IMG/VR virus record: IMGVR_UViG_2737471859_000003
Strand: one strand, 5' to 3'
Origin: a virus
Lineage: Duplodnaviria; Heunggongvirae; Uroviricota; Caudoviricetes
Length of the DNA stretch: 25,277 nucleotides
How positions within the stretch are numbered: the first letter of the stretch is position 1; the number at the start of each line of letters is the position of its first letter. Shown here piece after piece: positions 1-8,924 of this stretch. The position numbers and the translations under genes were made by a program. Below the pieces are notes generated by a model. It was given only the letters and a program-made list of their open reading frames with translations, searched no databases and was not told the DNA's origin.

Positions 1-1455
1 AGCATCCGTGTTAGCTGCGGCTGACTTCGCAATAAACCCAGTGAGAGTGGGCGACGAAATACCGACTGCTGCTGGCTGTTGTGTTGAAGTATAAGAGGGG
101 TCAATCTGCCCGGTCGTAATGATGACAATCCCTGACGGGAATGGAATTGGGAACGTATTAGATATTCCCGTTGATGATGAGTTACCTGCATTCGCAGATC
201 CCCACTGCAAAATGTATCCTCCCGGTAGTTTTTGATACCCAGATCCTGACGCGAAGGCGGACATGTCCGGTATCTGATTTGCCCCCGTCCCGACATTCAT
301 TTTCGATGCCGTTCCCAAACCAAGGTAATCAAGAACTCCCTGAGTGCTGGTTTTACCAAGAATGGCACGTCCAACACTTGTCAACGCGGTTAACGCGGCA
401 CGATCTGCCCCTGTAAAATATGGGAGTTTATCTGCTGATGTAGCAAGCTCTGCCAGCGCCGTCAGGGTGGCATCCTTCGGTTGCTTACCCGCAAGCGCGT
501 TAGTCATGGTGGTCGCAAAATTCGGGTCATTGCCCAGCGCCGCAGCCAGTTCGTTCAGCGTGTTCAGTGCATCAGGTGACGAATCTACAAGTGCGGCAAT
601 CGCGGCCATAACGAAAGCCGTGCTTGCGATCTGGGTACTATTAGTCCCCTGTGGCGCAGTTGGCGTCGTTGGCGTTCCGGTCAGTGCCGGGCTGTTTAAT
701 GGTGCTTTCTTGTTCGTTTCATCCATTACCGCCTTAACAGCTTTTGGTGTCGCTGCCAGCGTTTCAGACGTGCTGTTCGTGGCGCTACTGAGCTGAACAA
801 TCCCTTTTTGTGTAGTGGTGCCGTTCTGGGCGGTATATTTCCCGTTAGCCAGGTCATATGCAGCCTTAACCGCTTTCGGTGTTGCGGCCAGTGTTTCTGA
901 TTCACTGTTAATTGCACTGCTTAACTGAGTAAAACCTTTTACGGTCAGCGAGGCGTCCGGGTGACGTCGTGACTGTTCGTGCTCTGATATTTTATCATCC
1001 ACATATTTGCGGGTTGCCAGAACCACAGACGGGTCGATTTTCAGCGTGATGGCTTCGGTGTTCGTGACAACCAGAATCATGCGGATAGTCTGGGTGCGTC
1101 CACTGCCTTCCTGCAACTGCGGTTTGTACGTTTCCGGGCAGTTTGCCACCGCAATAAGTACGCCTTCATCATCATAAAGACCAATCTCACGGATCCAGAA
1201 TCCTCCCTCGTTTTCAGGGATGATTTGTTCCGCAATAATCTGGCTCTGATTGTTAGGGTCAACACTCAGAAGATTCAGCGGCGCAATGCGTTTCTGGTTA
1301 ATCAGTTTTGTTTGTGCAGGGTCTGGTGTTGGTAACACACCATTTGCATCACCAACGGCCATTTGCGTCAGATTCAGCTTACTGCCGAGCATCGTCGCGT
1401 TAGCCAGTCGTGCCGCGCCCTGATTAGTCAGAATGGCGTAGTATTTCACTGTCAT
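1..1455 (-). CDS. H: Tail fibre protein, P2 gpH-like; N-terminal ~485 codons only, gene continues beyond window start
   Basis: ATG at 1455..1453 overlaps the gpI stop (ATGA). Translation starts MTVKYYAILTNQGAARLANATMLGSKLNLTQMAVGDANG, resembling the P2 gpH N-terminus as I recall it. No complete ORF is listed in this frame, consistent with it staying open to position 1. Contains the TLAATPKAV-type repeats typical of P2 H. Confidence 0.8.
   Translation of the reverse strand, partial: MTVKYYAILTNQGAARLANATMLGSKLNLTQMAVGDANGVLPTPDPAQTKLINQKRIAPLNLLSVDPNNQSQIIAEQIIPENEGGFWIREIGLYDDEGVLIAVANCPETYKPQLQEGSGRTQTIRMILVVTNTEAITLKIDPSVVLATRKYVDDKISEHEQSRRHPDASLTVKGFTQLSSAINSESETLAATPKAVKAAYDLANGKYTAQNGTTTQKGIVQLSSATNSTSETLAATPKAVKAVMDETNKKAPLNSPALTGTPTTPTAPQGTNSTQIASTAFVMAAIAALVDSSPDALNTLNELAAALGNDPNFATTMTNALAGKQPKDATLTALAELATSADKLPYFTGADRAALTALTSVGRAILGKTSTQGVLDYLGLGTASKMNVGTGANQIPDMSAFASGSGYQKLPGGYILQWGSANAGNSSSTGISNTFPIPFPSGIVIITTGQIDPSYTSTQQPAAVGISSPTLTGFIAKSAAANTDA
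727..896 (-). repeat. Two ~50-bp direct repeat copies inside the tail fibre gene, each encoding an LAATPKAV-like peptide
   Basis: Plus-strand ACCGCCTTAACAGCTTTTGGTGTCGCTGCCAGCGTTTCAGA (~727-776) and GCAGCCTTAACCGCTTTCGGTGTTGCGGCCAGTGTTTCTGA (~847-896) are about 75% identical and in frame with H. Confidence 0.6.
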
Positions 1456-2060
1456 GCGTTTACTCTCAGATTATCAATTAAATGAATGGCCGGGGCAGGG
1501 AAATAATCCCCTTCGACAATAATGGACTCCGGGGTGTAGGGATAAACCGTCAGGGCATCGCCGTGATAGCATCCCGTACCAACGAAAATATTTCCGTTCA
1601 CACTCAGGCTGATCGCCAGCCCTGTCAGATGGCGACTTACTGGTTTTGCATCCGCAATAAGGCGCTCAAGTTCCTGATACATTTCATCGGTGATGCCCTG
1701 ATCAAGTACTCCGACAACAATGCGAAATGTTCCCGGCTCCTCGTTGAGTTGCCACCACTCCTTTACTTCAATCAGGTAGCCGAGAGGCTCTACGGCTCTT
1801 CGCAGTGCGCTGATGGTCCCTTTGTGTCGGTGTATCAGCCATGCATCACGAATCACCTGTCGCTTTGTCTCTTCCGGCCAGTTGCGATCCCAGCGGTCAA
1901 CGGAAAACGCCCAGGCGAGATAAGGCAGCAGATGCGCCGGGCATGTGTCCGGCGACCACAGCGTGTTGAGGTCTACCGGAATGTCTGTAATGCGTGTTCC
2001 GACGGCTTCGGCACAACGCATGAAACTGCTGGCTGATGGCGGTAACAGTGAATTACTCAT
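1452..2060 (-). CDS. I: Baseplate/tail protein, P2 gpI-like
   Basis: ORF-track frame 1452..2093; ATG at 2060 (MSNSLLPP...) preceded by AGGTGG. Contains WSPDTCPAHLLPYLAWAFSVDRWD, matching my recollection of P2 gpI. Sits between J and H as in P2. Confidence 0.8.
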   Translation of the reverse strand: MSNSLLPPSASSFMRCAEAVGTRITDIPVDLNTLWSPDTCPAHLLPYLAWAFSVDRWDRNWPEETKRQVIRDAWLIHRHKGTISALRRAVEPLGYLIEVKEWWQLNEEPGTFRIVVGVLDQGITDEMYQELERLIADAKPVSRHLTGLAISLSVNGNIFVGTGCYHGDALTVYPYTPESIIVEGDYFPAPAIHLIDNLRVNA

Positions 2061-2949
2061 TGCGCCCACCTTCGCTGATGGTGAATGACTCACAGCGCGC
2101 CGCCTGTATGTCGCTGATGGCCATATTCTGTGTGGGTTCGATTATCTCCACGCGTTGCACACCGTGCACATGCAGTGCGGCAGCAATGGCGGACAACGCC
2201 ACGTCCTGACCGATAAGCCCCTGTTCAGCCAGCCACTTCCTGAATGACGATTCAGCCGCAGCCAGAATAGGTTCGGATTCCGGGCCGGGGTAAAAGTACA
2301 GTTTTGCATTCAGCCGCCATGTCACGATTCTGGCGCTCTGTACCGTCAGGCGGTCAGCCACCGGGCGGGTATCCTCTGCATTCAGAACGGCGCGAACGGT
2401 ATTAAGCAACGCCTCCGTTGCTGTGCCGTCGCCCTCAGTGGACAGGATGGAAACCGTCACGTTGGCCGGAGACGGGCTGATGGCCCGCGCATCGCGTACC
2501 AGACCGCTGGCGCTGCGTGCAAAATACTCGTATGCACCTGACGGGCCAGCAACACTCAGACCGTCATACGCCCGTTGCGCCCGCAGTCTCAGCGAGGTGT
2601 CACTTTCCATCACTGCGTCGGTGGTATCCGTTGCCGGAGTGATAACCAGGCGCTTTGTGTTCATATTGCCCGCGAGGTTGTCCAGGTCTGCCCCGGCGCT
2701 GTGGCTTAGCATGCAGGCGCGTGCACCCTCATTGACCCGCTGGCGTAACAGCATTTCACGAAACGCTGTTGTCTGGGCGATAACGTTCAGGGGTTCCGAT
2801 TCCAGCTCCAGCGCGGCGGAGACGGCTTCACGCTGTTCGGCGGGATAAGCCGCAATCATCATGGCCTTTGTATCAGCCAGAATTGCCTCAAAGTCAGGCT
2901 CCGCGATGATGGCGGGGTCCGGTAACTGTGAAAGGTCAACGGCGGGCAT
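2053..2949 (-). CDS. J: Baseplate assembly protein, P2 gpJ-like
   Basis: 298-aa ORF with ATG start; size and position (W-J-I) match P2 gpJ (~302 aa). Confidence 0.8.
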   Translation of the reverse strand: MPAVDLSQLPDPAIIAEPDFEAILADTKAMMIAAYPAEQREAVSAALELESEPLNVIAQTTAFREMLLRQRVNEGARACMLSHSAGADLDNLAGNMNTKRLVITPATDTTDAVMESDTSLRLRAQRAYDGLSVAGPSGAYEYFARSASGLVRDARAISPSPANVTVSILSTEGDGTATEALLNTVRAVLNAEDTRPVADRLTVQSARIVTWRLNAKLYFYPGPESEPILAAAESSFRKWLAEQGLIGQDVALSAIAAALHVHGVQRVEIIEPTQNMAISDIQAARCESFTISEGGRNE

Positions 2950-2952
2950 GAT

Positions 2953-3303
2953 TTACTCCCTCAGCGTGATGGTTAATTCAACATTCTGCATGGTCTGCAT
3001 GACAGTGCCCGACAGCGTCACCCCGGCGCGGCCTCCCGCTTTCCAGACAACGTCGATGGCATCCAGGGCAATGCGGGGTTCCCATCGTGTCAGCGCAATC
3101 ACGGCAGCACTCATGCATTGCAGACGCGTGGTGTTATTCATGGGTTCGTCAATCAAATCAGGCACAAGGCTGCCATATTCCCGTCGCATAACCCGGCTTG
3201 CCAGCGGGGTGGTCAGGATGTCCCTGACTGACTGTTTCAGGTGCTCCATATCGTTCAGGTTTCCCGTTCCGTCCGGGTTCATTCCTGTGTAGCGGGTTGT
3301 CAC
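2953..3303 (-). CDS. W: Baseplate wedge protein, P2 gpW-like (gp25/lysozyme-like baseplate family)
   Basis: 116 aa; MTTRYTGMN...SRVMRREYGSL resembles P2 gpW (MTARYLGMN...SRVMRRDYGSL). GTG start per ORF track. Confidence 0.85.
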   Translation of the reverse strand: MTTRYTGMNPDGTGNLNDMEHLKQSVRDILTTPLASRVMRREYGSLVPDLIDEPMNNTTRLQCMSAAVIALTRWEPRIALDAIDVVWKAGGRAGVTLSGTVMQTMQNVELTITLRE

Positions 3304-3881
3304 TGTGGGCCTCCTGTCGAATCGCTGCCGCCTTTCACGCCACCGTGTTTATGCGTATGCACGGTAATGCCGTTTGAGGTGAAGTTGCCGCCGCTGTGCG
3401 TGATATTGCCGCTCATCTTTCCTCCTTTTGTGACGTCAATCGTCGCCGTTCTCAGAAGGTTTGTGCATTCCACGACGGGCGTATCCAGTTTCACGCTGAC
3501 GGATGCCTGTAAAGTGGCCGTTTTCATGCCGCTGGCGCTCAGTGCGCCAGCGTCCGCGTCGTAGCGGAACACCGCGCCGTCCGGCGCGCTGATCACGATT
3601 TCTTTCAGGCTTTTGCCGGGGGCCGGATTGGCATCACTCCACAGGCTGCCAATTATCATGGCGGTTTCCGGGTTGCCGCCAATGCAGGCAATTACCACCT
3701 GTTCGCCGGGTGATGGCGGCAGCCACACATTGAAGGCTCCCGCGCGCGTGGTGTTCCAGCGCAACCAGCCTGTTTCCAGTTCGCCGCTGCGAACGCGCAC
3801 GCGCCAGGACTTCTCATCAACTTCAGAGATGATCCCGGTGCGGATGATATTGCTCAGCAGTCGCATGAGTTCTGCGCTCAC
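3300..3881 (-). CDS. V: Baseplate spike/assembly protein, P2 gpV-like
   Basis: 193 aa; IIRTGII...VHTHKHGG motifs resemble P2 gpV; start overlaps the gpS stop. Confidence 0.85.
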   Translation of the reverse strand: MSAELMRLLSNIIRTGIISEVDEKSWRVRVRSGELETGWLRWNTTRAGAFNVWLPPSPGEQVVIACIGGNPETAMIIGSLWSDANPAPGKSLKEIVISAPDGAVFRYDADAGALSASGMKTATLQASVSVKLDTPVVECTNLLRTATIDVTKGGKMSGNITHSGGNFTSNGITVHTHKHGGVKGGSDSTGGPQ

Positions 3882-4513
3882 CGTACAGCCTCCGCAATCC
3901 GGCCCAGCACCGTGTTATAAATCAGGCGCTCATCTGCCTGGCTGATACCCAGCAGCTCACGTGCCGGGTAATTGGTGAAAATGCCCGGCGCAACCTGATC
4001 GCGCTCACCGAACTGATGAACGCGGGCAATACGTGCGGCCACGCCGCTGTAACCCACCGTCACACCGGAAGCATCTGCACGGGCTTTCAGGTAGCGGGCG
4101 GTGCGCAGTTTTACGAACATGGGGACGCGCTTTGTGCTGTCCTGGTTGATGCGCCGGGTGCGTATTTCCAGAAAACGGTCGATGTCATCCCGGTAAAACG
4201 TGCGGATATTGTTTTTATCCTCATCCCACCCGGTAATGGTTCGCCCGTATTTCCCCGTGTCGTGATGCCAGTTTTTCAGCGTGCGTGCTTCGTTATTCCA
4301 GATAAAGCGAATGCGTTCCTGTATCCGGGTTACGCGGCGTCTGCGTGGTGTCCACGCGGTCCCGTCCGGCGCTTTCTGTGACCGGATACGCGCCTGCTGG
4401 GCGCGGCGTAAATCCTGTGCCAGCTTTCTGGCGATGTTATTGATGGCCTGCTGACTCAGGCTGTCGCGGATGGCCTCAAAGGTTTCATCCACGCGGGTGA
4501 ATGCCTTATCCAT
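3878..4513 (-). CDS. S: Tail completion / virion morphogenesis protein, P2 gpS-like
   Basis: ORF frame 3878..4522; ATG at 4513 preceded by GGGGTGA. Position R-S-V as in P2. Start uncertain (GTG at 4522 is the alternative). Confidence 0.7.
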   Translation of the reverse strand: MDKAFTRVDETFEAIRDSLSQQAINNIARKLAQDLRRAQQARIRSQKAPDGTAWTPRRRRVTRIQERIRFIWNNEARTLKNWHHDTGKYGRTITGWDEDKNNIRTFYRDDIDRFLEIRTRRINQDSTKRVPMFVKLRTARYLKARADASGVTVGYSGVAARIARVHQFGERDQVAPGIFTNYPARELLGISQADERLIYNTVLGRIAEAVR

Positions 4514-4973
4514 CGCTTTCACCCCACGTCACATCCTGGAATACATGCGACCAGTCGCCTTCGGAAGATGGCAGGCGTGGTTTTGGCTCCGGCAGGTGTT
4601 CTGCCTGCGGAGTGCCCTGACTGCTGCGCGTGATGCGAACGCGTTCCCGCAGGGGGAGCGTAAACAGGAGATCGGCGCTGTCATCGTCATTGATAACGGC
4701 GGAGAATTTGATGTCCTGATTACGCTCAGGGTTGAGCAACAATTGTGGCTGATTTTCGGATAACCACGCCAGCAGCGGCAGCGTGAGGTCATCCAGCTCC
4801 CCGGCGTAATCCATGACAAACATCACCATCTGATAGCGGTAAACAAACGATGGGGTTTCTCCTGTCGTTTCAATGTTGCCGCTCTCCACGAAAATGGTGA
4901 ATTTTTCCGGGTTGGCCTGACACCATCGGCATGAACGGGTCATGGCTTCACGCAGGGAATCAGTTTTCAGCAT
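4506..4973 (-). CDS. R: Tail completion protein, P2 gpR-like
   Basis: 155 aa, the same length as P2 gpR; MLKTDSLREAM... resembles the P2 gpR N-terminus (MLKPDSLRRAL...). Confidence 0.8.
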   Translation of the reverse strand: MLKTDSLREAMTRSCRWCQANPEKFTIFVESGNIETTGETPSFVYRYQMVMFVMDYAGELDDLTLPLLAWLSENQPQLLLNPERNQDIKFSAVINDDDSADLLFTLPLRERVRITRSSQGTPQAEHLPEPKPRLPSSEGDWSHVFQDVTWGESDG

Positions 4974-5280
4974 GGTTGTTGTCCTCGTTGTTCAGTCGTT
5001 GCAGCCTGCGCTGTTCCAGTAATTCAATGGCCCGTTTATCCGCGTTACAGGTTTCCAGTGCATCCAGAAGGCGGTCGCCCCATATACCGAGATTTCCCCA
5101 TGTGGGAGTGTCAGGGAAGGGGGGAGGTGTTACCGGTATGGTCAGCGTCTGCGGTATAAGCCGGACTGACGGCGCTGGCCGTGGCGCGTTCTGCGTGCCT
5201 GCGCAACCTGTCAGTAAAACGAGCGTCAGGCAAAGCGTGGGCGCATTCATCTTTTGCAATATCGTTGCGTAACTGTTCAC
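4960..5280 (-). CDS. Outer-membrane spanin lipoprotein (o-spanin; Rz1/LysC-like), out-of-frame overlap with the i-spanin gene
   Basis: Lipoprotein signal with lipobox LLTGC (MNSYATILQKMNAPTLCLTLVLLTGCAG), then a proline-rich segment. Starts inside the i-spanin gene in another frame. Start is GTG 5280 or ATG 5250. Confidence 0.7.
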   Translation of the reverse strand: MNSYATILQKMNAPTLCLTLVLLTGCAGTQNAPRPAPSVRLIPQTLTIPVTPPPFPDTPTWGNLGIWGDRLLDALETCNADKRAIELLEQRRLQRLNNEDNNHAEN

Positions 5281-5518
5281 GTCTGGCCTCTCCGTCCTGA
5301 TTTCGCTGTTGATTTTCCACGCGGAGTTGCGCCAGCACCTGCTGCATATCCTGTACCCCGGTGCTGATGATATTCAGGTTGTCGACGGTGCTTTTCAGGG
5401 CGCTGGCCTGCGCTTCGTTTCTGGCGTTCTCCCGGCCCAGCGACCACGACAGACGCATGGATGTTCCCCATGCGGCAATCAGAAGGAAAGCGACGCCCAG
5501 CGTGGGCCAGAGCTTCAT
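5111..5518 (-). CDS. Inner-membrane spanin (i-spanin; Rz/LysB-like)
   Basis: ATG at 5518 overlaps the endolysin stop (ATGA). N-terminal TM helix (LWPTLGVAFLLIAAWG), then a charged, Q/R/E-rich, probably coiled-coil periplasmic domain; 135 aa. Confidence 0.75.
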   Translation of the reverse strand: MKLWPTLGVAFLLIAAWGTSMRLSWSLGRENARNEAQASALKSTVDNLNIISTGVQDMQQVLAQLRVENQQRNQDGEARREQLRNDIAKDECAHALPDARFTDRLRRHAERATASAVSPAYTADADHTGNTSPLP

Positions 5519-5907
5519 GCCGGATAGGCTCCGTGTGGTAACTGAAAATGCGGTCCGTCTTTCAGGGTCTTCCAGTCGCCGCCCCATTCCACCGGAATAT
5601 TCAGTTCCCGGCTGGCCTGTCTGAATGCTGCTGCGATTTTTTCGTACAGCGGCCATTCCCATGACACCTGGCTGCCGACATAAGCCACAACATCCACGGC
5701 ATGCCCCGTAAGGTGGCGGCTGTTCATGGTCTGGCTCTTACCCGTGGCCACCAGTTGCTTCTGGCGGTAACGGCTGCGCAACCCTTCGGTGATACCAAAA
5801 TCCACTTCCGAGATTTCCAGTGCCCGTCGGGTCACTTTCACCAGATCAGGATTTACGCCCTGCAAATTCTTTTCGCTCCGGCTGCTGAATTTAAATGTGT
5901 TGCTCAT
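5515..5907 (-). CDS. Endolysin, peptidase M15-type (zinc metallopeptidase; putative L-alanyl-D-glutamate endopeptidase), not the P2 gpK lysozyme type
   Basis: 130 aa; SRHLTGHAVDVV is the His/Asp zinc-binding signature of the LAS/M15 peptidase fold. Lies between holin and spanins; ATG overlaps the holin stop. Confidence 0.75.
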   Translation of the reverse strand: MSNTFKFSSRSEKNLQGVNPDLVKVTRRALEISEVDFGITEGLRSRYRQKQLVATGKSQTMNSRHLTGHAVDVVAYVGSQVSWEWPLYEKIAAAFRQASRELNIPVEWGGDWKTLKDGPHFQLPHGAYPA

Positions 5908-6227
5908 TCGTCCTTCTCCTTCACCCTGCGATTAAAGGCCGCAATAACCTTGTCGCGTGCTTTCTCTGCGCCCATAAAACCGATTGATGCGCCGATAAAC
6001 GTCACGGCATCTTCAGGAAACCCGAAGAAGCGCAACGACCCGGCCACGGCCATGGCAAGAACGCCGCACGCCAGCGATCCCGTTACGGTCTGAACCAGTG
6101 TTCGTCCGTCATAAAGACTCATCAGCGCGGAAATGCTGACTGCCGCGCCTACTGCATACACCGTTGGCAGGTGGTCAAAGAGCCACGCAATAACCTGCTC
6201 TGTGATCCCTGTTTGAATGGTGCTCAC
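5904..6227 (-). CDS. Holin (about three predicted TM segments, charged C-terminus)
   Basis: The track ORF 5904..6446 reads through gpX in another frame. The plausible start is GTG ~6227, 5 nt after GGGGGGAG, giving ~107 aa with three hydrophobic stretches and a KARDKVIAAFNRRVKEKDE tail. Start uncertain. Confidence 0.65.
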   Translation of the reverse strand: MSTIQTGITEQVIAWLFDHLPTVYAVGAAVSISALMSLYDGRTLVQTVTGSLACGVLAMAVAGSLRFFGFPEDAVTFIGASIGFMGAEKARDKVIAAFNRRVKEKDE

Positions 6228-6229
6228 TG

Positions 6230-6436
6230 CTACTCCCCCCACAACTGAATCATTTCTCGTTTCTTCTTCTCCGGCTCCGGCATCTCCACTTCCTGCCCGG
6301 CGTCCAGAAATACCTGTTGACAGAGTCCGGGGTTGGCATCCAGCACCTTTTCGGTGACGCCCTGCGTCGTGCCGTAGTACCGGAAACAGAGCGAATCCAC
6401 GGTGTCGCCTTCCAGTGCCTTCACTTTCATCAGCAC
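6230..6436 (-). CDS. X: Tail protein X, P2 gpX-like
   Basis: 68 aa (P2 gpX is 67 aa); lies between L and the lysis cassette as in P2. Confidence 0.8.
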   Translation of the reverse strand: MLMKVKALEGDTVDSLCFRYYGTTQGVTEKVLDANPGLCQQVFLDAGQEVEMPEPEKKKREMIQLWGE

Positions 6437-6933
6437 AACTCCGCAAAAATTCGCGGGCGGCGCAGAATGTCAGAGATGGCCCAGCTCACATCGCGCCACA
6501 AATCCGATGTCTGTATATCCAGTGCGTCCGCCCGGCGGTCGCCCTTATCCGTTGTGTCCGCATCGCGGTAACGCTCCAGAATCAGGGCGCGTGTGGCGGT
6601 ATAAACGGCATTGCGCCAGTGCCAGAGATTGACGCTTTCTCCGTTAATTACGGGTGCCGGAACATCGGCCAGCGTCTGATGGCCAGCCGCCTGTTGTTCC
6701 TGCTGCCACGCTTCCAGCTCGCGGGTAACGTGTGCCACGGCCCCGGTGGCGGTATGCAGCAGGCGGGAGGTGGTCACACGGCCCGGCAGTCGTATCGCCA
6801 GACGCAGCTCGCGCAGCACAATATCCGGCCAGAATGCACCCGCTGAAATGCGGGTATCACCATCATCGGTATCGGTGATGTCGTCCTCTGCGGGTCCGGG
6901 GTTGGTTCTGGCAACCATACTCATGGGGTTCAC
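6430..6933 (-). CDS. L: Head completion/stabilisation protein, P2 gpL-like
   Basis: 167 aa (P2 gpL ~169 aa) between M and X. Start is GTG 6933 per track, or ATG 6924 after AGGAG. Confidence 0.8.
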   Translation of the reverse strand: MNPMSMVARTNPGPAEDDITDTDDGDTRISAGAFWPDIVLRELRLAIRLPGRVTTSRLLHTATGAVAHVTRELEAWQQEQQAAGHQTLADVPAPVINGESVNLWHWRNAVYTATRALILERYRDADTTDKGDRRADALDIQTSDLWRDVSWAISDILRRPRIFAELC

Positions 6934-7025
6934 TCCTGAAAAAATCGGGCGGTGGGTGCGCGGTGTAAACGGTCACGGAGTCAAACCAGAACACCGCGCA
7001 CGCCGCCCGCTGACGGGGTCAGTCG

Positions 7026-7826
7026 TTAACCGCGCTTCGCCTTCTGCGTCGCGATGGTTTTTCGTGTTGCAGGCTTCCGCGTTGTCTTTTTACTTTTGCT
7101 GCTTTCGTCCTGCGTCTGCGGTGTGCTGGCATCTTCTGGTGCGGCTGCGGAATCGGCTTTCTTCAGGGCGCGGGAAAGGGTTGCAATCTCGCGTTTCACA
7201 CCTGCGTTCGGGTTCAGGTGCATCGCTTCGCGCAGCAGCTTCAGTGATGAGGCCATGCTGTCCGCATCGCTCAGGCCACGGCGGGCAAAGGCGCACGCCT
7301 TGCATAATTTGGCGCGCACTTCGTCCGGCATATCCTGGTTGGCGACAATTTCCCAAAGTGTGTCCAGTGGTTCGATAAAGGTGGACAAATCCGCGTCGGC
7401 ATCCGTCCCGGCCTGCGTCAGTACCGGGTTGCAGATTTCTTCGGTCAGCACTGTGGCAGCAGTACGGCCAAAGTTATCCGGCATAATGAGGTTGTGACGG
7501 ACCACATACGCACCAATACGCAGCGCAAGCGGAAGATCGCCGCAGTCAATCGCCCACACCATCAGCGTGGCAATCACTTCATCCTGCTGCCCGCCGTCAG
7601 CCTCCAGCGTTCCCTCAATCCAGCCGGAAAAGTCCGGCAACAACTCTTTTTTGATGGCGGCTTTCGCGCTTCTGGCCTGTACGCCCTTAAGCCGGGCCTG
7701 TGCCAGACGCAGACGATACAGCACCTCTTCATGCGCGGTACGCGCGGCGTGGTCCACGCCTTCATTCGCCCGGCCTGCGCGCTGTGCCATCACGTTCTGC
7801 CAGTGTTGCTGTGCAGGAGTAATCAT
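7026..7826 (-). CDS. M: Terminase small (endonuclease) subunit, P2 gpM-like
   Basis: 266 aa with a basic K/R-rich C-terminal tail; GGAGAG Shine-Dalgarno 6 nt before ATG; N-M-L order. Confidence 0.8.
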   Translation of the reverse strand: MITPAQQHWQNVMAQRAGRANEGVDHAARTAHEEVLYRLRLAQARLKGVQARSAKAAIKKELLPDFSGWIEGTLEADGGQQDEVIATLMVWAIDCGDLPLALRIGAYVVRHNLIMPDNFGRTAATVLTEEICNPVLTQAGTDADADLSTFIEPLDTLWEIVANQDMPDEVRAKLCKACAFARRGLSDADSMASSLKLLREAMHLNPNAGVKREIATLSRALKKADSAAAPEDASTPQTQDESSKSKKTTRKPATRKTIATQKAKRG

Positions 7827-7871
7827 TTTTTCTCTCCGTTACAGGCGGGCATGATGCCCGCCGTGAGTTGA

Positions 7872-8924
7872 TTAGCTGTCGGCGAACTTCAGGCCAGTGA
7901 CCATCGCGCACTTGCCATAGTCTTCAACGACATAAGCGTCATTGATGGACTGGTAGGTGGCGATGCGGTTGTATTCCGGTTCGTCTTTCATCAGACGACG
8001 CATTGAACCTTTCTGCCAGTAAATCGACAGGTTGTTGAACGAGGTGATCAGCATCGTTGAATCCGGGAAGAACGGCGCAAGGAACACGCCCAGCCCGCCA
8101 ATGGTGCGCGATGACAGAATGAGCTGCCCGGCGAGTAATTCCGCATTAGGATTCTGGCCGCTGATGCTGTTCAGCACGGGCAGACGCAGCGAGTTAAACA
8201 GGTTGCGCCCCATAATCACCACGAGGTCGTCAGCTTCCTTGTGCCATTCATCCAGCAGGGATGAGCGCGCGTCCTGTACCAGTGCATCAGCGTTCGCATA
8301 CTTACCCGCGTGCGCCACGGTGTTGTCCATGTTACGGGAGGTCAGCGTCACGTCATTCATAACGCGTTCGCTGGCGTCGGTTCTGATGTGCTCCAGCCAC
8401 CCCACGTTAACGTCCTGAAGCAACTTGTTGGTGCTGAAGTTGGACTCATCCGCGTGAGACGTGCCGTTGAAACCGATCATGATGCGGTCAAGCGCCACCT
8501 GTCGGGCAATCTGTGCGCTGATGCGGGACTGAAAATCAGGGTGTGCCGACCAGGCATCAAGCTGCGGATACGAAATAAACGTGTCGTAGTTCACCTGTTC
8601 ACACTGGTATTTGCGGTTTTTCAGATCAACCACGTTATTCGGGTTACGGCGTTTTGTGCCGTCATAACTGGTATTCGTGCGCGCAATCGGTCCTGTGGTA
8701 TCCAGGAGGATTTTTTCGCCTTTCTGGTCGGTCACGCCGATCACGTTAATTCTTTTCGTAAATTCGGTACTTTCCTTTGAGGCGTTTTCAAAACGCTGCT
8801 GCACCGCGGGTTCCACGGTAAATCGCGATACCAGTGCGGAAACCGGAATATTATTAAGCGACGCCTGCTGCGCCATATAGCAACCCAGCTTGTTGCGGGT
8901 AATATCTGACATCACCAGATTCAT
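7872..8924 (-). CDS. N: Major capsid protein, P2 gpN-like
   Basis: 350 aa; FTVEP, GEKI, NKYxC, YVVEDY and LSIY segments align with P2 gpN as I recall it. Confidence 0.9.
   Translation of the reverse strand: MNLVMSDITRNKLGCYMAQQASLNNIPVSALVSRFTVEPAVQQRFENASKESTEFTKRINVIGVTDQKGEKILLDTTGPIARTNTSYDGTKRRNPNNVVDLKNRKYQCEQVNYDTFISYPQLDAWSAHPDFQSRISAQIARQVALDRIMIGFNGTSHADESNFSTNKLLQDVNVGWLEHIRTDASERVMNDVTLTSRNMDNTVAHAGKYANADALVQDARSSLLDEWHKEADDLVVIMGRNLFNSLRLPVLNSISGQNPNAELLAGQLILSSRTIGGLGVFLAPFFPDSTMLITSFNNLSIYWQKGSMRRLMKDEPEYNRIATYQSINDAYVVEDYGKCAMVTGLKFADS

Noticed and set aside
344-796. Plus-strand 150-aa ORF (and 171..416) inside the tail fibre gene region
   Set aside because: Antisense shadow ORFs within a well-supported minus-strand H gene; alanine/serine-rich low-complexity translation typical of the reverse strand of GC-rich coding DNA.
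1482-3564. Plus-strand ORFs 1482..2036, 2423..2848, 2861..3292 and 3241..3564 overlapping I, J, W and V
   Set aside because: Each lies antisense to a tail gene with clear P2 similarity; no ribosome-binding sites noted; treated as spurious.
5111-5662. 183-aa version of the i-spanin ORF
   Set aside because: The N-terminal 48 codons overlap the endolysin in another frame; the ATG at 5518 with ATGA coupling gives a typical 135-aa i-spanin.
5904-6446. 180-aa version of the holin ORF
   Set aside because: The N-terminal part is an alternative-frame read-through of gpX (R/G-rich, TTG-initiated); the real start is most likely the GTG just downstream of the gpX stop.
6419-6481. Apparent 1-nt disagreement between my reading of the sequence and the ORF-track frames of gpX/gpL
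   Set aside because: Most likely my own misreading; I deferred to the ORF track and do not report a frameshift or pseudogene.
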